Origin: a virus
Lineage: Duplodnaviria > Caudoviricetes
Virus record (IMG/VR): IMGVR_UViG_3300046823_000070
Coordinates: 1 to 31,845 of that record
Direction: 5' to 3' (one strand)
Length of the DNA stretch: 31,845 nucleotides
Below are positions 25,072 through 31,845 of this stretch, piece by piece. The notes beneath the pieces are model-generated. The model was not told the origin of the DNA and ran no database searches. It saw nothing but the letters and a program-made list of their open reading frames with translations. Positions within the stretch are counted from its first letter, which is position 1. Each line of letters begins with the position of its first letter. A program made the position numbers and the translations under genes.

Positions 25072-25114
25072 TCATTCCTGAGTGTGTAGGCTTAACCTGA
25101 TAGGAGGCAAGATC

Positions 25115-25393
25115 ATGGGAGAACCGGGCAAAGTCAAGGTCAAGGCCGCGACGATTTTGTCAGCAGACGACCTCGCCTATTTGCAGCGATATATAGTGAA
25201 ACCGAATCACGGGCGCGGGCGATTTAACGCGCGGCTATCTAAGCTTGTCGCAAGCGGATTCCTTTATTTTACATGGCTCAGTCGTACCGAATGGTGCGTG
25301 ATGATTACATCGTGTGGCCTCGCTGCCGTCGAAGCGGCCAGACTTCAAAAAGAGAATGACTCGCTTCGGAAATCGCTTTTCGAGCTTCCGTAA
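25115..25393 (+). CDS. Hypothetical protein, possible winged-helix
   Basis: AGGAGG RBS before ATG 25115; L.KL...G.L......IT..G pattern. Confidence 0.6.
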   Translation: MGEPGKVKVKAATILSADDLAYLQRYIVKPNHGRGRFNARLSKLVASGFLYFTWLSRTEWCVMITSCGLAAVEAARLQKENDSLRKSLFELP

Positions 25394-25427
25394 CCTTTTC
25401 AGACGCGCCAACTACTAAGGAGCAACC

Positions 25428-25757
25428 ATGACCACCCGCCCCGCTACGCCGCACCCGACCGAGACCGCGCCCACGCCTACGCCAGTAACTGACGCGCTAT
25501 ACGCGCATAGCGACCTCCAAGGGATAGCTATCGAGGAATTGTGGAACCATGCGCGACGGCTGGAAGCTCAGGCGCTTGAGTCCAATACTGAGTGGGCCAG
25601 AAGATGGTCCGGCCTCATGTCTGACCGCAAACGGCTCGTGGAAGCGCTGCGCAGAATTACCAGTAGGGCAACGCATCATGGCCTAACTCTGACGCTGCAC
25701 AAGATCAATTTGGACGAATTACGCGCCCTCCTTCGCTCCCTGGGAGAGATCGAATGA
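25428..25757 (+). CDS. Hypothetical phage protein
   Basis: AAGGAG RBS; TP.TDA motif and coiled coil RLVEALR. Confidence 0.7.
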   Translation: MTTRPATPHPTETAPTPTPVTDALYAHSDLQGIAIEELWNHARRLEAQALESNTEWARRWSGLMSDRKRLVEALRRITSRATHHGLTLTLHKINLDELRALLRSLGEIE

Positions 25758-25960
25758 GTGACACTGAGCGATTGGATTGGCTGGAATCTCAAGGCTATGC
25801 AATTCGCAGCCGTTATTGGGGACCGCGCAACCTGATCGTGTGGAAGCCCGACTGTCCCGGCTTCACGATTCGAGAGGCAATCGACTGCGCCAAGCAACGA
25901 CATATCCGCTATATCAAGGGCGGCAAACCGCTGTGGCTAATCCGCGGTCAACCGTTTTAA
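25754..25960 (+). CDS. Hypothetical phage protein
   Basis: D.ERLDWLE...REAID.A motif common in small phage proteins; ATGA coupled. Confidence 0.7.
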   Translation: MSDTERLDWLESQGYAIRSRYWGPRNLIVWKPDCPGFTIREAIDCAKQRHIRYIKGGKPLWLIRGQPF

Positions 25961-25970
25961 GGAGTTCCGA

Positions 25971-26156
25971 ATGAGCACGCAGACACCGCAGACGGCATAC
26001 GAGAGAGGGCATCAAGATGGGCTCATTTTCAAATGCGAGGGTCGAAGATATGGGAAACAGCATGGAACATATCCATCGAATCCCTACCACATTTCAGACG
26101 CTCGGGCAGCCGCCTACGATTCCGGTTATGACGACGCTTGGAAGGAGCAACAATGA
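25971..26156 (+). CDS. Hypothetical phage protein (RMF-like AY.RG...G...NPY...Y..GY pattern)
   Basis: AAGGAG RBS; begins with the 25-nt start repeat. Confidence 0.65.
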   Translation: MSTQTPQTAYERGHQDGLIFKCEGRRYGKQHGTYPSNPYHISDARAAAYDSGYDDAWKEQQ

Positions 26157-26356
26157 CAAGCCCCACCCGCGAGGACTGGCATTCACTTTTGATAGAACGC
26201 GACCGTCTCAAAGCTCTGTGTGAGGAACTGGCCGGATTCCTGCGAAGGGAACGCGATTTACATACCGATCCACAACCGGGCTTATTCACTTGGCGAGAAG
26301 CGGTATACAGGCTCCATACGGAAATTGACGCAGCCATCGCCAAGATAAAGGACTGA
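26153..26356 (+). CDS. Hypothetical protein, RLKALCEEL paralog family
   Basis: AAGGAG RBS; ATGA overlap at 26153; DRLKALCEEL and DPQPGLFTW. Confidence 0.7.
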   Translation: MTSPTREDWHSLLIERDRLKALCEELAGFLRRERDLHTDPQPGLFTWREAVYRLHTEIDAAIAKIKD

Positions 26357-26357
26357 T

Positions 26358-26483
26358 ATGGACTTCCTTCTTTACTGTCTACCCTATCTATTAGGAGGGG
26401 CTTTAGGGTATTGGTTAATGAGTAAGAGACTTGAAAGAGAACTTCAAGAGCAGGAGCAGGATCGTTTATTTGATCTCACCTAG
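26358..26483 (+). CDS. Small membrane-anchored peptide (41 aa)
   Basis: MDFLLYCLPYLLGGALGYWLMSKRLERE...; AAGGA RBS. Confidence 0.55.
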   Translation: MDFLLYCLPYLLGGALGYWLMSKRLERELQEQEQDRLFDLT

Positions 26484-26639
26484 TAGTCACCGACAAGGAG
26501 GATTAGACATGGAAAAAGCGAAAGGCGCTCGCCACAAATGGGGCCCCGAGGATGGGCATGGTGACCGTCTATGCCTCAATGGTTAACGACATACTCGGAG
26601 AGTCTGAATGAGCACGCAGACACCGCAGACGGAGAAATC

Positions 26640-26890
26640 ATGAGCATCCTGAACACAATCGAGCAGCAACGTAAAGATGCCGAGCCGAAGTCTCCCGCCT
26701 CAAGGCGCTGTGCGAGGAGTTGAGAGGGGCGCTCAAGCCACTAGCAGGAATCGAATTCACCGCCAGCGAATTAGAGCAAGAAGTAAGGCTCGGACACCCG
26801 CGAATCCTTTTCGAGAAAGGCGGCAGGATCACTGTGTATGATGTGAACATCGCCCGCGCCGCACTCAAGAAAGCCGAGGAGAAGATATGA
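26640..26890 (+). pseudogene. Frameshifted RLKALCEEL paralog
   Basis: MSILNTIEQQRKDAE continues into AEVSRLKALCEELRGAL...IARAALKKAEEKI only after a 1-nt shift near 26683 (real lesion or sequencing error). Confidence 0.55.
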
Positions 26891-27159
26891 GCACGCAGAC
26901 ACCGCAGACGGAAGTATCAGGAATATCCCTACAAGTGAAAAACGGCCGCACTATCGGCGAAGTCATCGAGGAATTGGAAACCGACCGCGATCGCCTCCGG
27001 GCGCTGTGCGAGGAGCTGGGAGGGGCGCTCACGAAGGTCGCCAATGATATGAGCAAATGGCACGGAGATGGAATAAGCCCAGACGAATGGAAATTAAACG
27101 AATGGGAGCAAATCGCCCGCGCCGCACTCAAGAAAGCCGAGCAAGCCCCTAAACCTTAA
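26887..27159 (+). CDS. Hypothetical protein, RLKALCEEL paralog family
   Basis: Start repeat, DRLRALCEELGGAL, IARAALKKAE. Confidence 0.75.
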   Translation: MSTQTPQTEVSGISLQVKNGRTIGEVIEELETDRDRLRALCEELGGALTKVANDMSKWHGDGISPDEWKLNEWEQIARAALKKAEQAPKP

Positions 27160-27173
27160 GACTTGGGTGAACC

Positions 27174-27395
27174 ATGAAGAGTCAAAAGCTTTACTGCCTG
27201 CAAGCGCCTTCAGGGACATTGCTTACATGGACCGCGACAACCACATATCAGGGTACTTGGGGAATAAGTTATGGATACGTTGCGAGCAAAATCCCTGGAT
27301 TCAATCAGAAGTATTGGAAACGGTGGACACCATCCATCCGCGCAGCCAGGAAAGCGGGATGGAAGGTCGTCAAGGTGAAAGTTTCTCCAGCCTAA
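27174..27395 (+). CDS. Hypothetical protein
   Basis: 73 aa with a protein-like C-terminal K.GW.VVKV.V. Confidence 0.6.
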   Translation: MKSQKLYCLQAPSGTLLTWTATTTYQGTWGISYGYVASKIPGFNQKYWKRWTPSIRAARKAGWKVVKVKVSPA

Positions 27396-27792
27396 CCCTA
27401 TACTCCTCGCACTTCGCTTCGAGTTCCCCGCGAGTCCATTTCTTGACCTGATGCGCCTGTAGGAGTTTCAACTCCCACCATTGCATGTCGCGCTCCTGGA
27501 TAAGCTTGGTAGCGAAGATATGGTGCGCCCCCCTCTTCCATATGTTGCACTGCACACATTGAGGTCTGATGATCTCCTCATCGAGGAGCAAAACCCCCGT
27601 CCTGCCTGGAATAGCGTGTCCTGCCTGAAGTTCTGAAATCCTGTGTTCCGCCCCGCAGGTATAGCAAAGAGCACTACCCTCCGGACCAGCCGAACGCCTG
27701 ATTAACAGACTCAGAAGCTTCCAGGCTCGTTTCTTCAAAGCGGAGAGGCTAAGCTGCTTTTTGCGTTTGATATCTTTTCTTCGCATAGTCAA
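27370..27792 (-). CDS. ninG: NinG/Rap-like recombination endonuclease
   Basis: CYTCG...QAGH.I......L.DE.....QC..CN...G motif. Confidence 0.8.
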   Translation of the reverse strand: MTMRRKDIKRKKQLSLSALKKRAWKLLSLLIRRSAGPEGSALCYTCGAEHRISELQAGHAIPGRTGVLLLDEEIIRPQCVQCNIWKRGAHHIFATKLIQERDMQWWELKLLQAHQVKKWTRGELEAKCEEYRVRLEKLSP

Positions 27793-28201
27793 GAGCGCAG
27801 GCTTTACATCTGCGGCCAGCTGTTGAAAGATAGGTATTGTTTGCGGTAAATTCGTGGCCTTTGGGGCAATGAGTCCACAATCGCTTCGGATTCCGCGCCG
27901 AGCGACCCTTGCGGACTTGATCGTCAGAATTGTCTTGCGCCGTTCCTACCCAAAGATGGTCTGGATTGACACATTCCGGAGTATCACACATATGGCAAAC
28001 GAATAGCCCAGTAGGAATCGGTCCCTTGAATAATCGCCATGCAGCACGGTGCGCCGTTCCACCCTTCCCGTCTCGCCAAGTAAACCACCCATATCCATGC
28101 CCGTTTTGAGTTCCCTGCCAAAGCCAGCACCCGTTAGGATGCTTGAATACCTTGTCCATAAATCGTTCCATCCGGCTTCCAGAGCGCACAGATTTACTCA
28201 C
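27749..28201 (-). CDS. HNH (homing-type) endonuclease
   Basis: CWLWQG...GYG, AHR.AW....G.IP.G..V.H.CD...CVNP.HL..GT..DN..D, plus C-terminal THC..GH...C..C. Confidence 0.92.
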   Translation of the reverse strand: MSKSVRSGSRMERFMDKVFKHPNGCWLWQGTQNGHGYGWFTWRDGKGGTAHRAAWRLFKGPIPTGLFVCHMCDTPECVNPDHLWVGTAQDNSDDQVRKGRSARNPKRLWTHCPKGHEFTANNTYLSTAGRRCKACALDYAKKRYQTQKAA

Positions 28202-28245
28202 AAGACGGGGCCTTCCTGCCCTGTGTTCGCCTGCCTGGAGCGTTC

Positions 28246-28446
28246 CTAGAGCGTTTGGGCATGGGTTTTACACCGCTTCCTAAGCTTATACTTGTCCTTC
28301 CAAGCACGTTCTTCTTCCCTCGACCACAAGACGTTAGAGGTCTCAGACTGGAAATTCACTTTGTTGATGTGTCTCACCACACAAGAGGCTTTGAGCCTTG
28401 CTAAGATGTCTAGAACTTCAATGGGAGGGTGGAGGGCGTCAATCAT
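28246..28446 (-). CDS. Hypothetical protein
   Basis: 66 aa, ATGA coupled. Confidence 0.5.
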   Translation of the reverse strand: MIDALHPPIEVLDILARLKASCVVRHINKVNFQSETSNVLWSREEERAWKDKYKLRKRCKTHAQTL

Positions 28447-28964
28447 TTAGTCTCCAAAAAGTAGTGTTTCTCCTTCCACGATTCCCAAGCGCGCAAGACA
28501 GCTCCAGTCCCTGGGAATAGGTCGAATAATTCATCTTGCGGCTCGGCCCCCACTACTTCAAAAGCCCATTGGCAGACGCGCTCAGGCTTCACGCCCGTTA
28601 GCCCGCGTTCCATCGTTATCGGCTCGTCAATCCAATCCCGCATGGTGATTCGATGACTTACAACAGGTTTTCTAGCAGCCTTCACGATTACCGGCTCCCA
28701 AGCATAAGCGACCGGGACATTCGGCTTAAACGCCGCGAATGGTTTAGTCCACGCCATCACCCTGACTTCCAAAGGCAACCATTGAGAGATTTGAAGTAAG
28801 CCGGGGGAGGAAGTGTGCAGAATCCACCCGTCATATTCATAATTGAGCTCGGAAATGAGTGCTTTGTGGTCTACTTCCCCAGCGTAATCGGGATGATCCT
28901 TATAGAGATGAGCGCACCCCGGATAGGGAGGGTCCGCATAAGCAATTTTGGCTATAGGCCGCAT
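28443..28964 (-). CDS. DNA amino (N6-A/N4-C) methyltransferase, small phage type
   Basis: N-terminal DPPY catalytic motif and C-terminal KP...DLFPGTG SAM motif. Likely start at ATG 28964. Confidence 0.8.
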   Translation of the reverse strand: MRPIAKIAYADPPYPGCAHLYKDHPDYAGEVDHKALISELNYEYDGWILHTSSPGLLQISQWLPLEVRVMAWTKPFAAFKPNVPVAYAWEPVIVKAARKPVVSHRITMRDWIDEPITMERGLTGVKPERVCQWAFEVVGAEPQDELFDLFPGTGAVLRAWESWKEKHYFLETK

Positions 28965-29203
28965 ATAAATCCAAATCCTGGGATAGGCTCGCACAATAGC
29001 CAATATTCAGAAACGTATGCGCCCGGCGTCTCTATGGTCTTGGATTCGATCTGCCACCCCAACCGTCTTAAACGCCCGCACTCTTGGCTGAGAGCGAATA
29101 CTCCGTGTCTTTGAAGAGCGAGGGCTACTGTCAAGTGCTCTCCGGAGAGAAGGGCTTCTAGGATTCTGTTGGTCTTACGGGCGGTGGGGAATTGTTGGGT
29201 CAT
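28952..29203 (-). CDS. Winged helix-turn-helix protein
   Basis: IL..L..G..LT...AL...G...L......LR..GW.I.......G..V..Y.L pattern. Likely start at ATG 29203. Confidence 0.75.
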   Translation of the reverse strand: MTQQFPTARKTNRILEALLSGEHLTVALALQRHGVFALSQECGRLRRLGWQIESKTIETPGAYVSEYWLLCEPIPGFGFICGL

Positions 29204-29355
29204 TCGAGAATTTCCAATAATTCGCGCATTCTGTCCCCCATCATCAACTGCCAAGTCCATAATCCAGGCTGTCGGTCAGCGAGCAAATCCTTCAATTTCA
29301 ATACCACGGCTTCAAGTTCATCCAAGTCGATCACGCGCTCGTCAACAGTTTCCAC
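29200..29355 (-). CDS. Small hypothetical protein (51 aa)
   Basis: METVDERVIDLDELE...DRQPGLWTW...; GGAGG RBS; ATGA coupled to the HTH gene. Confidence 0.6.
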   Translation of the reverse strand: METVDERVIDLDELEAVVLKLKDLLADRQPGLWTWQLMMGDRMRELLEILE

Positions 29356-29524
29356 ACACCCTCCCTACCAATTCCGCCGCTGTCCTGAACGCCCAAGCCT
29401 GACCTTTGTATTTCATCGACCACGGCCAGAGGGAACATCTGGCGGATTCTTCGTTATCTTCTGCGAAACAGTAAAGCCACTCAACCGCTGTTCTAGGGGG
29501 ACTGCCGAATCTAACAGTTTCCAC
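29342..29524 (-). CDS. 60-aa ORF inside a direct-repeat-bounded cassette
   Basis: Starts METV like the next gene and ends GRVCGNC like the previous gene. Confidence 0.5.
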   Translation of the reverse strand: METVRFGSPPRTAVEWLYCFAEDNEESARCSLWPWSMKYKGQAWAFRTAAELVGRVCGNC

Positions 29525-29535
29525 ATACCCTCCCT
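29344..29535. repeat. 23-bp direct repeat (22/23 identical) at a gene junction
   Basis: AACAGTTTCCACA(C/T)ACCCTCCCT at 29344-29366 and 29513-29535. Confidence 0.9.
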
Positions 29536-29864
29536 TTTCTACTGTGAATGAAACCCGCCTCTAAGGATCGTCCACAAGAGGCACAAATTGGAGCGGGGAT
29601 AGGCGCGCTAGCCACGCCGCTACCTTCACTTGGCAGCCTAGAAGTACCCCCGCGTTGAGCATGTCCATTGAGATAGACCGTTGTCCATCCTTTTTCGATA
29701 GATTCTTTCAGCACGTCAATCGGGTTAGCTCCTACTTCTACCCGCCACTTCTCCAGCTTGCACAGAATAAGTGTTTCAGCATACTCCGTTAGAGGGGCGC
29801 GTTTCTTCTTTCTCATCTTTCTGAATTCCTCCCACAAGGAAGAAGGTACAGAATCAGGAAGCAT
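29511..29864 (-). CDS. Putative replication protein (initiator C-terminal-like domain) with Zn finger
   Basis: LP......W..F..MRK....PLT..A.......L.......P..VL..SI..GW motif; CxxC...CxxC tail. Confidence 0.6.
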   Translation of the reverse strand: MLPDSVPSSLWEEFRKMRKKKRAPLTEYAETLILCKLEKWRVEVGANPIDVLKESIEKGWTTVYLNGHAQRGGTSRLPSEGSGVASAPIPAPICASCGRSLEAGFIHSRKGRVCGNC

Positions 29865-29865
29865 G

Positions 29866-30072
29866 TCACCACCCACGATAATCCTGGTGTCCAAATTGGA
29901 GAGAGATCGAATAGCCGAAAAAACCTAGAGTCAAGACCAACATAGTCAGACCATGAGGATTTTCAACTCTCGTTACCGAACCCCAGAAGATTTGACCGCC
30001 AAAACCCCATGCCTTGGCATCCCTGAATCCATCCTTGGCCGCCATTGTCATTTTTCGGGTTACATCTTCCAT
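29866..30072 (-). CDS. Hypothetical protein
   Basis: 68 aa with a GGAGG RBS. Confidence 0.5.
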   Translation of the reverse strand: MEDVTRKMTMAAKDGFRDAKAWGFGGQIFWGSVTRVENPHGLTMLVLTLGFFGYSISLQFGHQDYRGW

Positions 30073-30118
30073 CTACCCTCCCACAGACTTAGAGGTACGC
30101 TTGGAGGAAGAACAGAAC

Positions 30119-30304
30119 TCACAAAGCCTTCCAATTCTCAAGATACGCTTTCAAATGTCCAGCAACTTTGGTCGAATAGTTATCCCCAGATAGAGCAAAA
30201 CCAATGGCATCTAGCCTAGCAAGTATCAATGCGCACCTCATCTCGTTTAGATAGATTTGGCTTGCTTTAGGTTTTGACCTTGCCTTACGCTTTGGACGTT
30301 TCAT
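30119..30304 (-). CDS. Hypothetical protein
   Basis: 61 aa, ATGA coupled. Confidence 0.5.
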   Translation of the reverse strand: MKRPKRKARSKPKASQIYLNEMRCALILARLDAIGFALSGDNYSTKVAGHLKAYLENWKAL

Positions 30305-30483
30305 TTCTGTTTCCTAGGAAGATGACCTAGCCAACCTTGCAATTCCTTCGGCAACCATTGTTTGAAATCTTTGAGGTCTAGCCCATCTGGGCAGTACCAT
30401 TTTTTGATTGCTGGGTCCCACCGCGCGCCCCTCGCCTTAGCTGAATCTTTCTTGTCGAAGGGGACATCTAAAATTGTCTTCAT
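30301..30483 (-). CDS. DUF5710-like protein
   Basis: L.VPF..KD.AK..GARWD...K.WY.P.G.DL..F..WL motif. Confidence 0.85.
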   Translation of the reverse strand: MKTILDVPFDKKDSAKARGARWDPAIKKWYCPDGLDLKDFKQWLPKELQGWLGHLPRKQK

Positions 30484-30812
30484 TTCGTCTTTCCCAAACC
30501 GTTAGACCTTATAGGGTGGAAGCCCAGCCCAGAAGTTTTAGCATCAGCAATACATTCCACCCTGCCGGGTCCTAAGGTTATCGGTAGCCCGGACTTTTGA
30601 ATCTGCCCTATTCTTCCACGCTGCTGGGCAGCACTTTGTATCGTCTGGAGTACGGCTCAGAAAAGGAAAACGCCCTTTGAAGGACGGGCTACGGGTAACG
30701 GTAGGGGAACGCGGAGGGAGGATTCCGCAAAGCCTGGCCATAACCCGCCCATCAAAAGGCGTCTGGTCTGCGTTCCACATGCCGTTACGCATGGCTCTTT
30801 TACCGAGCACCG
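30484..30812 (-). ncRNA. Structured leader RNA / attenuator upstream of the replication genes
   Basis: Long stem 30738-30762 / 30670-30694 (G-U pairs on the minus strand) followed by TTTTCCTTTT. Crossing stems 30782-30788 / 30695-30701 and 30770-30776 / 30706-30712. Further stem 30513-30521 / 30555-30563. Confidence 0.6.
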
Positions 30813-30814
30813 TC

Positions 30815-30845
30815 ATTTTAGCCCATAACTGCGTTTGTGTGTCAA
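30815..30845 (-). promoter_or_regulatory. Sigma70-like promoter
   Basis: TTGACA-N19-TAAAAT on the minus strand; spacer longer than optimal. Confidence 0.5.
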
Positions 30846-30938
30846 GTGGGAAGCTTCGGCAACGGCATCCAGTGAGTGACTTGGTGCCGTTCCATCCAAC
30901 TCTCATTTATGGAATCTCCGTCCTCGGCGTTGGCTCGG

Positions 30939-31040
30939 TCATTGTGGCCTCCACAGCAGTGCGAGGCAGAGTAGTGCGACATTCAACCAGATGAGCACGA
31001 TGCAAGCGTTGGTGAGCCTTCTGAAGTTCTTGTCGGTCAT
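30939..31040 (-). CDS. Small membrane peptide (33 aa)
   Basis: MTDKNFRRLTNACIVLIWLNVALLCLALLWRPQ; GGAGG RBS. Confidence 0.5.
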   Translation of the reverse strand: MTDKNFRRLTNACIVLIWLNVALLCLALLWRPQ

Positions 31041-31233
31041 TTCCAGTCCTCCGGCAAACAGAAACCGATAGCTAACCCTGCCACGAAGCACATCACTGCT
31101 ATTGTCATTTTCCCTCCAGTTCGCGCTCGATACGCTTGATACATTCAAGCCGACGTTGCATGCTGATAATGTCAGTTGTTTAGCGGTAACTGGATTAGGT
31201 TGCTCTCTCATCCTTCTCTCCTGTCTCGGTCCA

Positions 31234-31542
31234 TCAGGGGGTGCGGTCCCGAATAATTGCTTGGAACTCGGGGTCTGTCCAAACTACATCATGCTCGAAA
31301 CCGAACGAAAGCAGTTCGGAGATTAGATCGGAGGTTGTTTCCACGGGTAGCCCTGTAGACCTTCTGTTATTCATGACTATGAACCCATCCCGTATTGGGT
31401 TGGGGACCACTTTCTGACCGTAAGCCCCTGCAAGGATAAGACGCTTCCAGTCTTCTTCATCGAGCATCTCCCCCGCCCACTTCACCTGTTTTGATATGTC
31501 GCGGACCATTGCATGGAACCGGCGATTTTGCTCGGGACTCAC
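31234..31542 (-). CDS. ninB: NinB-like recombination protein
   Basis: S.EQN..FHAM..DIS.QV.W.G..L..EDWK.L...VVP...GF...ST..L......DLI.....FG....V.W motif; AAGGAG RBS. Confidence 0.85.
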   Translation of the reverse strand: MSPEQNRRFHAMVRDISKQVKWAGEMLDEEDWKRLILAGAYGQKVVPNPIRDGFIVMNNRRSTGLPVETTSDLISELLSFGFEHDVVWTDPEFQAIIRDRTP

Positions 31543-31616
31543 GATATCTCCTTTTGCGCTCGCGCTCGTATTCCTTACGCCTCATGTCTTGGAAGGCGAG
31601 GAGATACCACCAGACG

Positions 31617-31844
31617 CTACGGCACATCATTTTTCATCTCCTTTAGTGCTCGAATAGCCTTCCGTCCATCCCCTTCTTTCTTCAAAGCCGCTCGGTAGTG
31701 AGAGGGGAGGAGTGCCCAACAAGCTATTTTGGCCTCGGCATCAAAGTTAGCCGCCTCCAGCCAATCGAAGGCTTGGACGATCTTCCCCCCTGCCATGAGG
31801 ACTTTGACCTCTTCGGCTACGTCCTTTACTTGGGTCTGTTGATC
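31617..31844 (-). CDS. 3' end of a gene entering from outside the window (possibly a ssDNA-annealing recombinase C-terminus)
   Basis: Open frame ...AKIACWALLPSHYRAALKK...NDVP*; function inferred only from context near ninB. Confidence 0.45.
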   Translation of the reverse strand, partial: DQQTQVKDVAEEVKVLMAGGKIVQAFDWLEAANFDAEAKIACWALLPSHYRAALKKEGDGRKAIRALKEMKNDVP

Positions 31845-31845
31845 G

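Larger units (their letters stand above)
25971..26911 (+). repeat. 25-nt start-codon repeat ATGAGCACGCAGACACCGCAGACGG x3
   Basis: Identical copies at 25971-25995, 26608-26632 and 26887-26911. Confidence 0.9.

Noticed and set aside
25971-26911. 25-nt repeats as a CRISPR array
   Set aside because: Spacing is 637 and 279 bp, the repeats are in-frame gene starts, and there are no cas genes.
26608-27159. Diversity-generating retroelement TR/VR pair
   Set aside because: Differences are whole-segment replacements rather than adenine-specific substitutions, and no RT is present.
30544-30994. 120-aa (-) and 105-aa (+) ORFs
   Set aside because: No recognisable motifs, and the region is better explained by a promoter plus RNA stems.
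1-31845. tRNA/rRNA genes, integrase, lysis cassette
   Set aside because: None recognised by eye in this window; they may lie outside it.

Overview
This window is about 32 kb of a P22-like tailed (podo-type) phage or prophage genome. Most genes are on the minus strand and tightly coupled by TAATG/ATGA overlaps. Read from right to left it contains: (1) a recombination/replication/nin-type early region (31845-27370) with NinB, DUF5710, a replication protein fragment, an HTH protein, a DPPY DNA methyltransferase, an HNH nuclease, NinG and a highly structured non-coding leader; (2) a plus-strand island of small mosaic genes built from shared repeats, behind a divergent promoter with an FNR/CRP-type box (24995-27395); (3) a three-enzyme tailoring cassette (RmlD-like SDR, 2OG-Fe(II) dioxygenase, radical SAM/SPASM; 24425-22311); (4) the late operon: two related basic peptides, TerS, TerL, portal, Ser/Thr-rich repeat proteins, scaffold, P22-type coat, GroES, a three-domain glycosyltransferase, gp4-like, methyltransferase, gp10-like, two cupins, three ejection-type proteins, and an acidic peptide coupled to a PurD-like ATP-grasp ligase. 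The most interesting candidates are a phage-encoded virion glycosylation/sugar-tailoring system, the acidic peptide/ATP-grasp pair, and small elements inserted at gene starts with duplicated junctions, one of which looks like a pseudoknotted RNA. All calls come from motif recognition by eye; no database searches or folding programs were run.
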